Source of the DNA: Macrostomum lignano
Taxonomy: Eukaryota
Length of the DNA stretch: 64,000 bases
Reading direction: 5' to 3'
Assembly: GCA_002269645.1 (NCBI GenBank)
Contig: NIVC01001286.1
Coordinates: forward strand, 118,793-182,792
Positions 47,597 through 59,343 of this stretch are shown here, piece by piece. Below the pieces are notes generated by a model, which did no database searches, was not told where the DNA came from, and worked only from the letters and a program-made list of their open reading frames with translations. Both the position numbers and the translations under genes were made by a program. How positions within the stretch are numbered: the stretch's first letter is position 1; each line of letters opens with the position of its first letter.

Positions 47597-48855
47597 CAAT
47601 CCATTAATTTAAAAATATTATCTTTATCAAATTTCAGTCAATCAAGACTATGAAACTGAAGTTTATAAAAATATGCTTTTTAATTGTCTGGGTATACATC
47701 AAAAAATCTTCCAAATCTTCCAAATCCTCCATAAAACCTCATGAAATATCATAGCATGTTTTCTCATCTCTCCCTTCTCTTCTTGCTTCTGTCTCCATTC
47801 TTCTCTCTTATCTCTTCTCTCCTGTCTTCTCTCAATTCTCTCTTATATCTCCTCCTCTCTCTCATCTCTTATCTCTACTCGCTTATCTATCGCCTCTCCT
47901 CTACCCTGTCCTCTCTCTCTCTTCTCTTTTCTCTATTGTCTCTCCTCTCTGCTCTCATTTCTCAAACTCCTATTTTCTCTCTTACCCTCTCCTTTTTCAT
48001 CTCTCATCTTTCCCCTCTCCTCTCTACTGTCTCCTGTCTCATCTCTCCTCTCTCTTCTCTCTCCTCTGTACTCTCTTATCCTTCCTCTTTCCTCCCATCT
48101 TTCTTCCCTCCTCTGCTCTCTCATTTTTCCTCTCTCCCCTCTAAATTCTCTTCTCTTCTCTCTCCCTCTTCATCATTCCCGCCTCACTCCCCTCTGTCAT
48201 CTTTAATCTTTCATCTCTCATATCTACTGTCTTTTCTATCATCTTTCTATTCTCTCTTCTCCTTGAAATCTCTCTTCTCTCTACTTTCTTATCTGATGGA
48301 CTGAAATTGCCAATAATTAAACTAATTGAAATTTTTCACCCACCTCCTCCATTACTGAAATTGCACAAATGATAGCTGGCTTGAATTTGTGTACGCAACG
48401 CAACCCCCCCCCCCCAACTACAATCTTGGCAGAAAGTTTAAAAGTATGGAAATCATTTTTTCAATGCTGTGCTTTTTGTTTTCATATTTAAAGCAAATAA
48501 CTTATATCCCTAAACTCAGCGTTGCAAGATCTTTCCAGCAATATAATTCTCTCCTCTCAAAGCTTAAAACTCAAGGAACAGTTAGCCTTTGAACTTCCTG
48601 ATTTAAAGCATTGAAGTATTGAGTGTAAATTCACTGCCTGCTACACAGTAAAAGGCTCGCAAGTTTATTCATTGAATTTCACTGCCCACCTAATACACAG
48701 GGCTGCCTTTTGAAAGATGCCAATAATAAAACCAATTGAATCTCGACACAGTCCTATCTATCTGCTTACAATGTACTTTGCTATGTACACTCAGCCCAAA
48801 CCAATCCCCCCTATTCTGGGGGAATCATTTAATTTTATTGCAGCCCTAACACGCA

Positions 48856-49158
48856 GGCCAGCGACCTAGGCTTGATTCCAAGTGTAGTCACATTAATTTG
48901 GGGCTGAATTGGAATCTTGGCTTGGCTCTGCTCGTGCAATTAACGGCCTTGAGAGCCAACCCCCCAAGGCACAGTGAAGTGTACATGTCTAATGAAGTTA
49001 GGGCCGCTGTACACTCCTGTGTGAGTGTGTGCCTACGTATGTATCTGTGCGCTTATATGCCTGCTCAGGGGAGTCGGTGGAATAGGCAATAATGCATCAC
49101 GTCAGTTGTGTGCCTATGTCGCTTAAAGTGTGCCAGGGTGCACACAACCCCCTGCCTC
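48856..49158 (+). mobile_element. tRNA-derived SINE-like repeat (copy 2, C>T decayed)
   Basis: Reverse complement of 1553-1836, with GGCTTGATTCC and many C>T/G>A changes. Confidence 0.65.
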
Positions 49159-50513
49159 TAATAAAATAGTCCTAGTGAGTGCAAGAATAGTTGTTGTTGC
49201 TAGTAAAGTGAATGATCACCTTGTCTTTAGCAGGATAGCTTTTTTACTCATAGAAGAAATAGGCCTAGTGCTGTCTTGTTTGCTCATGATAGACAAAACT
49301 GGGTAGCAGCAATAGCAGCAGTTTGTGATTCTCTTGGATAGAAATAGTATGTGCTTTTTTGTCAATTTAGTATGATGTCTCATTTTGGGACCAGAAGTAG
49401 AAGCTTTAGTTTTTACTTCTAGAAACTAGAAGTAAAAGTCTAGAAGTTTATATCATCTAGGTCTTGACCATGGCCTTCTACATTTGGCATTAGGATCCAA
49501 TATTGTTGTAGGCTCTAGATATCTTAAAAACTTATCTCCTAAAATTCTTATGCTATAAAACATAGCACAAATATATGGGCATGTCTTTAAATATCAAAGC
49601 CTAAGATAGCCAAAGCATACAGAACTTGTTCAACCTCCTTTAAACTTTATAGAGGTTGGAAAATATCATATTTTCAAGATTTTTAAGACTTAGATTAAGC
49701 CTAATTATTATCTAGTAGGCCTATTTACATTATTCTATCTATCAATGCTAATGTTTTTGTTTTTTGTATGTATAATGATGGTAATAAAAGGAAAGACAAT
49801 TATTATATAATATTGAGCTTGTTAGTAACTTGATATACATCAAATATAAATATGATATTATTGTAGTCACCAATAGTCACATAGTCACAAAGTTTTTATT
49901 TGTATCTATTCATATAAAGTCTTTTACTCTTTACATTTTTTGCAATGTTTGCAATGGTATTGCCTAATTATATTACTCAAAAAATGCACAACAATAAGGT
50001 CCACTATTTGAAAACTAATAATGGTTGATCAGGACATGCAAAAGATTTTATAAAAGCCAAATTTCATCATACCAAAAATTCTCAAGCAGTTATGTTTTTA
50101 TGTAATGTAAAATTTGTGCATTTTTAAAGGGTTTGCTAATTAAGTTTTCAAGAATATGAAATTGAGGTCTTTAATGAAATAGAAGTTTTAATATTATGAA
50201 AAAAATTTATGTAGTGTAATTCAGGCCTTGTGAAAGCACTCCCATGCAAGTTGCTACATAGCTACATTGCTGTAATGCATAACTGACAAAATTGTCTTAA
50301 ATGTGTAAGCACAAGGTAGCCCTAATAGGCACTTAAAGGGAAGAAAATATTGAAAAAGTACAGACTCCTATATCACAGGTCTACCTAAATATTCACTGGT
50401 TATAACTATCCTTCTTACATTTATATATTATATGTAATATGTATTTAAATGTATTTCAGATCCAGAGACAGGCACTTGAAGTATTGTATCTTCCAAGACC
50501 TAGCCTCATATGC

Positions 50514-52953
50514 ATGTCCATGGCTACTAGCAATGCAGCTTATCCTTTGAAATTCAACATAATTAGCAAGTGCGGCACTACGGCAGCTCGCACAGCTAAA
50601 ATGCAATTACCCCATGCTACTGTGGACACTCCAGTGTTTATGCCAGTTGGCACTAAAGGCAGTTTAAAAGCATTGACAACTGACGAATTGAGCAAACTTG
50701 GTTGCCGAATTATGCTTGGAAACACTTATCACCTGGGTTGTAGGTAAGGCTGGCTTGTTATGCTAATAGAAAAATAGATAAAAATTCGATTTTGGCGATA
50801 TTTGGGTGCCAAGTAGTTAAAGGTCATTCCACAACCAGCGCCTGAGCACACACAAGCACGCCAATACTGTACGCCGGCATGCACTCGTACACATGCTCAT
50901 ACAGGGTGTACAGTGTCCCTGACTTTCTAATCGCCCGGCATGTGCACCCTCTGTGCCTTGGGGATCGGTCCTTGATAGAGACAAGCTTAACCCTCTTCCT
51001 GACTAACTATAACTTGGCTCAAACAAATGAATTTCCTTTCCCTCGAAAAGACCGGGGCCAGAAATCCTGTCTTCATCCGGCGGTCTTCACGGCTACATGC
51101 ACTGGCCGCATGCTCTGTTGACAGATTCTGGCGGCTTTCAAATGGTCTCGCTATCCAAGCTGTGCAATATTGACGAAGGCGGCGTCACATTCACCAGCCC
51201 CTACGATGGCACTGAGCTTCGATTAACTCCTGAAGAATCTATTAGAATTCAGAATGGTATTGGCGCGGATATAATGATGCAGTTAGACGATGTTGTGCAC
51301 AGCAGTACAACTGGGCCGCGTGTTAAAGAGGCTATGGAACGGTGAGAGTGACGAGTATTTTATGTCTAATCTCGACATAAGTAGCTTTAAATGGAAAAAT
51401 TAAAGTTTTAGTATCTATTCTAAACTTCATTTACTAATAAAAGTAGTAGAGCTTAGATTATGTCGCAACAAACCTTTTATTTCTTGGTCTCTGTATCTTC
51501 TAGGCCGCAGGGTTTGGCAAACTTTTTTACCTCAAGGGCCAGATAAAGAATCCAGCTCATGACAGCGGGCTGGATGAGAATAAAAAGGAGAGGGAATAGA
51601 TGACGGATCAGAGAAAATAATGGGGAGGACATGTGAGAGATGCAATGAGAGAACAGATAGATAAGAGAGAGGAGAGAAGAGGGGAGAGGAAGCAGAGAAG
51701 AGACACCAACCTTGAGCGGGTCGGATTGCTATTTTCAAGTTTCAAAGGAGTTCACTAAAGGAGTTTAGTTTCTTCCTAGTTTTCAGCCTGTTTTAAACGT
51801 CTGTAGTTTACAAACTATTTAAAATCAAATTACAACAACTTGCAACTGTTTATCTATCGGTTGCTTGTTAAAATTGTCTTTTACTCTTTTATTACAATAG
51901 AATTATGTAGCCTCACTTAAAATTGCTTAAATTCAATGGGCTCTCGTGGTTTTACTCGCCTGGTTAAGTTACTAGTACATCATGTAATTCTTTAGTTTGC
52001 TTGTGTTTCAAACACAGCGTTGGGACTAGAATTCAATTTTTGATTATTAGGTCCATATGGTCTGCGACTCTACATATCTCTCCACTTCACTGTTACCTGC
52101 CTCTGCTCCTTTGCCCATCTGTCCCACCTTCAGCACTCCATCACTTCTCGCAACATGCCCAACTTGATGCTAATCAACACCCTGTCACATTGATTTGTCC
52201 AGTTCCATACGCTGGTTGGACCGCTGTTTGGCAGCCAATGCTCGTCCTACACAACAGTGCCTATTCCCAATAGTGCAAGGTGGTCTGGACTCGGATCTGC
52301 GCATTCAATCGCTAGATGCGCTGGCTAGTAGAGATGTGGCCGGTTTCGCTATTGGTGGTCTTAGCGGCGGCGAAGCTAAATCAACATTTTGGCGAATTGT
52401 TAAATTGTGCACAGAAAGATTACCAGCTGGTAAGCCGCGCTATTTGATGGGCGTCGGCCTACCATTAGATCTGGTTGTTTGCGTTGCGCTTGGCGTAGAC
52501 ATGTTTGATTGCGTTTTGCCAACTAGAACTGCACGATTCGGTGTGGCGCTGGTGCCAGAAGGTCAGTTGCAGTTGAAGAAGCGACAGTTTGAAACTGACT
52601 TGAGACCTATTGACGATCGGTGCAGCTGTCCCTGCTGTACCGGCGGCTACTCTCGTGCTTATTTGGCTACACTGCTCAAAGAGGACGGTGTAACCCTGGG
52701 CTGCAGTCTGCTCACTGCTCACAACGTAGCTTATATGCTCAATCTAATGTCCGAGATGCGACAGAGTCTAGTTGACGGCAAATTTTCAGAGTTTGTTCGT
52801 CATTTCTTTCGCTTGCAATATCCTAATCCGACAGATTATCCAGAGTGGGCTGTTGAAGCTTTGAAATCGGTTGGAGTGTCGCTGCTTAGTGGCGAGGATG
52901 TTAAGAAATCGAGTTGTAATGTTGATGGAAGTGGCGATGTTGAAGTGAAATAA
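50514..52953 (+). CDS. QTRT1: Queuine tRNA-ribosyltransferase catalytic subunit (eukaryotic TGT). Exons 50514-50743, 51051-51341, 52203-52953
   Basis: [52 protein letters not shown] (eukaryotic type), [23 protein letters not shown], Zn site CSCPCC..H. Both introns GT-AG, phase 2. Start may be ATG 50514 or 50520; an in-frame acceptor sits upstream at 50458-50459. Confidence 0.96.
51508..51760 (+). mobile_element. hAT/Charlie-like MITE fragment in QTRT1 intron 2
   Basis: Starts CAGGGTTTGGCAAACTTTTTT..AAGGGCCAGAT; shares AACCTTGAGCGGG.CGGATTGCTATT..TTTCAAAGG with 21343-21385, whose copy ends ..CCAAGCACCTG at 21436. Confidence 0.45.
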
Positions 52954-54494
52954 TTGTTGCTGCGACTTTTAGTTTAGAGTCTTTGTTGCTGAGGTCATTC
53001 TGTTGTGAAATCCTCTGTGCCATTTGTCTATGGTAAAAACTGTCAAATCTGTCAAGCAAATGAATCCTTCAGTCACATTAATGCACAAGCCTGTACTAAC
53101 TAACTACATGTGCACTGTATTAGGCCGTTTGTTTTTTATCTCAATTCTCAGTACTTGTGGTTAGGGCCTCTATATTACACCGGCAAACAAAAGACATAAA
53201 GAAGCACATCGCTTATGTAAAAGCTTTAAGTTTAAAGTTAAAGTTTAAAGCTTATGTAAGTTATTATTAAACAATTATAAAATACTCGTAAATGTCTCGA
53301 AGTGTTAGGAAGGCTTGTTTTTGGTGTTTTTTGGATTTTGACTTCGATTTACTCGTATTTTCCCTTTGAAATGACCTGCGGATTTCAAGGTTTCCTAATT
53401 GTTCAACTCTGCCTATCTGCCTACCTATAGCTGCTGCTGCTACTGTTTTAATGAAGGCATTTCAAAATTTGTCAGTTGTGTCATTTTGGCAGCAATATCT
53501 TCCAGCTTTGCGTTAGTACTACGATAGTTAGGTAATTTTTTTGTTTTCACTAACTATATTGGATTGCAATTTACTGAACAAATACATATATTTGCAATTA
53601 TAAAGGCCATTTTTAATGGTATTTGCTAGTTATTAATTCGGAGATATACATATTTAGATGAATTGTTTTTTTAACTTACATATTTTTTTATTCTGGTTTG
53701 CGTCAATGGATTAGAAGTTTCGAGATGCTACACTTGTTGTACGCAAGGATTTCCAAGAAACGTACATGTAGTAGTCCTTCGTTGTACCAATGACAACTTA
53801 AGCAGAAGGACGCAACACTAAGATTCAATGTTTAATTATTATTATACGTGCATTTGCATGTCTCATGTGCCTAAAAATCATTAAAATGGCACGGCTCATC
53901 TCATTGGTTTTATGAATCCATTTTGTCATTCTTAGCTGACTGTGTAACAATATGTGTAACAGAGATTCACAAAACCCAAAATTCGAGCTGTGCCGTGCGT
54001 TTTTATGATTTTTTGATACAGGAAATGTAGGTAAAATAAAAAATTTGCATAGAATCCTAATTTTCTGAAGAAGAAGCTTTATGAATATCAATAGAGCTAT
54101 AAGAAAGGCACAGTATATCAACAGATGAACACTGGATCTGTCTCCTATCAAAAGCAATGACAATTTTTGTGCTGAAAAATTAAAACCTCCTATCTCTGTA
54201 GTGTATTTTTCGGCGAAAAGTTGCCTTCAAAACATTTACCATAGATTTCGAGTGTTGCGTCCTATGTTACTTAAGTAGTCCTTGCGTTGTACGTTGTAGA
54301 CTGATTACAGAACCAGGTTATACTTCATTTACTATTGAATAATTCTACTGTAAGTTCTGTGAGCTAAGAACATTAGCTTCAAGCTTCACAAAAGGAATCA
54401 GTATTGTACGTTTGCATATACTCGTAAAATGGCTTCTGGCACAACACACGTGTTCCTTGCAATCTGGCGGTTTAGAGAATCAGATCAGTCCAGG

Positions 54495-56880
54495 TCAGTC
54501 GCAGCTGTCGGCAAACGGAGCTACGAGCCGTAGCGTCACTTCTCCATGCTCGCTACCCGAGCTGCCTCCAGCGACGGCGGTGCAGCCGCTGCCGCCGCAG
54601 AACGAGCCGCCGCCGCCTCCGCCGGAGCCACGGATTACGGAGGCGCCGCCGCCGCTGAAGCCGCCACCACCGCCGGCAGCTCCCCTTCGATCACCGCCGG
54701 TGCCGCCGCCGCCGCCTCCGCCCCCGAAGCCGCCGACACCTGTGTTGCTGCTGCCAGCAACGCCGCCGACCCAGCCGTCGGCCAGACCGTTGCCTCGATC
54801 TCCGTCGGTCGTGAACCACCTCGCCTTGACCGCCTTTCCCAACCAGCCGGCTCCGCAGCCGCCGTGATTGTTGCCCTCGGGTGTTGATCCCGGGTCGTTA
54901 GAGCCCGGCTGACCATTGACGCCTCCAAGTCCATGGCTGCCAGAGCTTGACTCGAATGCGTTGCTTGCGTTCTCTTGTGCCTCTCCTGGAAATCCTGCAA
55001 TAAGATCGTGCAATGAGGTGCATTTGTGGTTTTAGAAGTTTTCGGGAGTTCGACTCGGCAAGCAAGAATGCAATTAAGAATGCTCATTTTAACGCAAATA
55101 TAGACTACGCTCGTACATACAAGCACATAATCTTGCACAGACTTTTGTGTACACTCAGCAACATCGAAAAGTCGCCATCACAGAAGATTCCGTCTGTGGT
55201 CGACACTTTTTGAGAGTGCAGGCAAAGTCTCCCAATCTTTGCGAATGACGCAACTCAGCTACACCGCGGCAGACTTGAATGGAAGAATGCAGTGGGGGGA
55301 GCGGAGTGCGAGGGTTGGACGGATTAAAGCTACCCTGATCAGTTTTCTCGTCTCTTATTTCAGTACAGTCCAAGAGAAATTGCTCACTGACGCATACAGT
55401 GGCGACTTTTCAATGTTGCTGAGTATACGAGGTATATGTAAATCTACACTCAGCGACATGTCAACGTTTCTATTTTTACACCAGTCAGTGGTCAGCTTTT
55501 TCTCAGTCCCAAGTGACACAATTCACACCACGTCCGCGGTTCCCAGATTGCGGATTGAGATCAAATTAGCCCGCACGCGTTCGTCTGGCCCTGAGACCAA
55601 CGCTTGGCGTGGAGCTTGGAGGCGCCCTCGTCAGTAAAGTGCACATATGACGTGAAAGAACGTCAACCAAGATCGCAAACCCAATGGCAACTGGTGAAGT
55701 ACGTGGAGCGGCTTTAAGACTAAAATTCACACTCTTAGGTGCAGGGTGGTCCGTAGACACAGCGGGGAGGCGAGGGTCGTCCATTTCTCGCTCACCGGTG
55801 CGGACATATCCTGCGCCTCCGCCACCGCCTGCCGCGATCAGCGGTCGGGCGTCCCCAGCCCGGTAGACGAAGCTGCCGCCTCCTCCACCGCCTGCGGCAT
55901 AAACAGAAGCGGCCGGGCCACCAGCCTGTCCCACAACAATGCTCAGAACGGTTCCAACTGTCAGGACAAAGCTACCATTGACGGAAGCTCCGAATCCGCC
56001 GGGTCTGCCCGATGGGTTGTCGCCGCCTTTGGCACCGATCGCCTCGATGAGGTAGCAGCCAGTGACGTTGATCACAGCGAACTGGACGGAGCCGTGTCTG
56101 CCTGAGCCGCTGTCTTGAGTTCGGTTTTTGGGATTAGCGCCTCACTTATTATATAGATCCATGTACCTCATCTAGTACATCTTCAAACTGTACTTTTAGT
56201 ATTTTAATCTAGTGGTTTTATTGTGAACGAGGATTAAGAATAAAAAACTTGATCCTTTTAGAAATAACGACGGATATCGAGAGATTACATGACGCATGTA
56301 GCTGTCTCAATTCGAGCTTGTCATAAATGCAGGGAGTCTTCTATAGAGTCCTAAGTTTAACTAACTAATAAAAATCTGCTTGTCTCACTTTTTAAAGTCG
56401 CAGTATTGTTCTCAATCAGCTGCTGCATCAAGATCCGCAGCTTCTCCTCGGTTCCCTCCGCTGTCCAAACGCTCGCGCCGACCTCCGAACCCAGCGATCT
56501 CATCACGTAGCTCCCATTGATGTCAGAGGCGAATGCTAGCTGACAGATGCTGCTCGTTGGGACGAACACGGCAACTGAGCACTTTCTCAGCCGGCACCTG
56601 TTCACACAGTCCAACTCTGTCGGCACGTCCGTTAAGTTGGCGACATTGCTGCTCATGACAGCCGTGGGGAATGGTACAGCGCTTGGGCTTCGAGTGTATC
56701 TTGAGCAGGACTCTGAAACACAGACGTGGTTTTCACCTGCATATAATTTAATAACTCGTTTATGATTGTTTCACCTACACTGCGTATGTAACACATACCT
56801 TTCCCAATTGCTGTTGCAATGTTTCCGAGGCAACATAGCATTACCAGTTTGATATACAGTATCGTAGTGTGTGAATTCAT
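54495..56880 (-). CDS. Secreted PAN/apple-domain + ALK/LTK-type glycine-rich-domain protein (paralog A). Exons 56799-56880, 56389-56736, 55796-56113, 54495-54994
   Basis: Signal peptide MNSHTTILYIKLVMLCCLG; PAN-like DCVNRCRLRKCSVAVFVPTSSICQL; VINVTGCYLIEAIGAKGG..GASVNGSFVLTVGTVLSIVVGQAGG..GGGGGSFVY..LIAAGGGGGA; GGCGAGW; GGFGGGGG..GGGGGFSGG..GGGGGSF. All three introns are phase 1. Confidence 0.85.
55152..55425. mobile_element. Tc1/mariner-type MITE in paralog A intron 3
   Basis: TA flanks; ~27-bp TIRs CACTCAGCAACATCGAAAAGTCGCCA / TGGCGACTTTTCAATGTTGCTGAGTA; an extra partial TIR at ~55446. Confidence 0.6.
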
Positions 56881-59343
56881 GGCTTGTTAGCCTTATTACG
56901 AGCGTAATTAGTTTTGTAGTAGAAAAAAATCAACTTAAGATTTACAGATTCTAAATGTCATGGGATGCGTGCCTGTTTTTCTACCATGGTTTTTTTGCAG
57001 AAAAAATCATTGAGTTTGTCTACTGTTTTATGGAAAGACAGAGGGAAGGAATTTGTTAATTCTCATTGGCTGCATGGGCCTAAAGCTGGCATACAGTCAA
57101 CTTAAAAGCATGAATAATTTGCTAGAACACAGCGCTTTAGAACGATCAAATTCTATCCCATTGTGAAGCATGGCTAAAGAAGCAACAAGCGCGCTTGTGT
57201 TGCGGGATGCAGCTTTATAAAGCCTATGTTTTTTTGAGCAGGTTGCTTAAAGACAACTTTGCGTTTTCCTCAATTCAAAGGAGTATAGTCGGCACGAGAT
57301 TCTTTTGCCAATTGTAGCTTAGGTTTTTCCCACTACATGCATAAGCCTGTGTAAGCTTTTAGGTAACATAAAGTAGCTACCAAGGACGACTAAAGTAACA
57401 TATATACTTACATATGTAAGTAGTCCTTGGTAGCTATTCTACACGTGAATGTACTTTGTTTTGCTGCTTCTGGCAGTCTAAAAGCACAGAAGGAATGCAG
57501 CTGACAAGGTGTTAGAGCTATAAGAGCTATAAAAGTATTTGCAAAATTTAATTTATATTACTATTAGCAGTAAATTTTGAATTGATTTTCACTCCTCAAT
57601 GAGCGCAGTTAGATGCAGTTGAGCAGTATGGAATGTCTGATTTTTACGCCAAAGTAACCGCGGGTTCCATTCTGCACTAACCATGTGGTAAAACTTAGCT
57701 GTGTCTTGGTGGGCGTGGACCGGTGAATGCCAGCTGAAAGTTGGACTCCTTATACTATTCATGGAACTTCATGGTTATACCTCTTTCATTTAGTCTAGAG
57801 ATCGAGGGTAATTTTTGTGGTGTCGATTAAAGGGGGCGGCCCCCAAATTGTTGACCCATTTGCGGACACCACTGGCGTAATGAAGCTGCGGTATGCAGTT
57901 TGGCATGTGAAGTTGAAGGACTAGCCTCTGCACTCGCTAATCGTGTCCTGTGAATTATATAGTTAGCAGTGAAATCTTTAGATAGTTTAATTTTTCTATC
58001 GCTAATTATTTCATTTGTTAAACATCGAACCATATCTGTAGTGAGTTTTGGAAGTGCGTCTCTTGGGAGCGTCATAGTAAGAGACGTCATCTCGTGAATG
58101 CGCCATGGGACCAATTAATGGAGCTCAGTAGTGCTAAAAGGTCCAGGTTGGTTTGGCCCAAATTTGAGAGACAGGTTCTTCACCTTATATGCACGAGCAC
58201 CGAACTACGATCGTGCAATAAAGCTTTCAACTTTCATTTGACTGGATGGCTTGCGAATTCTCGTAACTAACGACCTCGCGCTTGATGGGTTCAGGGTGTG
58301 TCAGAAAAGTATTTTTTAAACGTGTAATGATGAACCCAAACCACAATAACATTTTGGTGTGACTAAAAACTTTTTTATTGTCAATAAGTCAAGTTTAAAC
58401 TCTCCCTGTGACTGATGAGTTCAGGTTAAAAATTTTGTTACAATTGTTCGGTCTTTTGTCTGTCTGTCTAATCGATATATTCAGATAAAATGACAAGTAG
58501 ATGGCCCAAAAAGCTGAGCTGAGGTCTCTACAATCATCAAAAGGTGAAAAACCATGCACCTAAACCTCACTCAGTAGCCATCAGCAGCAGGCAAATCCTC
58601 TGACACGAAACTGAGCTAAGGAAAAGACAAGGACAAAATACGCAGTTGAGTACCTGGTGATAGCACTGATAAGAAATTGAGGCAAAAGCTACTTTCTTTT
58701 AATAAGACTAAAAAGACTGATAGGAAAGATGCTCCATATCATATTCGACGATGAAGAACTGTGCTATGACAATGTTTCTGAGAGGACGAAAAGGAACGAT
58801 GATGCTTGTAGATAGCTGGTTTCATCCTTGCTTGTGTTCATGTTAGCTACCCCATTGACAAACAGACAAGATAAGCATGTATTTGCGCAGCTTCTATATG
58901 CAACTTAAGCAACAACAATTTGCTCAACATGTCTGGTTGGTTGGGAGTTTCAAGTTGGTTTATCAGTGTGTTTACAAGTGAGTTTATGAGTGGCGTTTAT
59001 GAGTGAGTTTATAAGTGTGTTTATGAGCTTGTTTAAGACACCGATTGTAGCTATAATTCTTTATCTACATGCCAAAAAAACATGAGTCGACTATTATATA
59101 TTAAGTCTCGTAATTCCATTGTGCCTTATAGACGTCTGCATTTTGGCATTCCTCCCGATCCTATGAAAACACATGTAATCGAAAGAATTAGTTTAGTGTG
59201 GTGACTCCAATAACTAATTTGAATGCTTAATTGCTGATACTACTGAGTATAATTCAAAGTTAAATTTCTTAGTTTTTAGGTAAAGTTTTAATTTTAAATC
59301 AGTTGTTTAAGAATTTTCATTGTGCCGCCGATCACAATTCGTC

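Larger units (their letters stand above)
46660..48300. repeat. Two CT-rich low-complexity tracts (46660-47230, 47760-48300)
   Basis: Pyrimidine-rich tracts on either side of the 47319 MITE. Confidence 0.85.

Noticed and set aside
50514-52953. Bacterial tgt acquired by HGT, or an unusual GTK variant of the PVGTQ motif
   Set aside because: Has spliceosomal introns and eukaryotic signatures ([15 protein letters not shown]); the residue after PVGT varies among TGTs.
24758-52953. JmjC + QTRT1 as a tRNA-modification cluster
   Set aside because: The JmjC protein has a TM anchor unlike TYW5, the genes are 21 kb apart on opposite strands, and there is no evidence of linkage.
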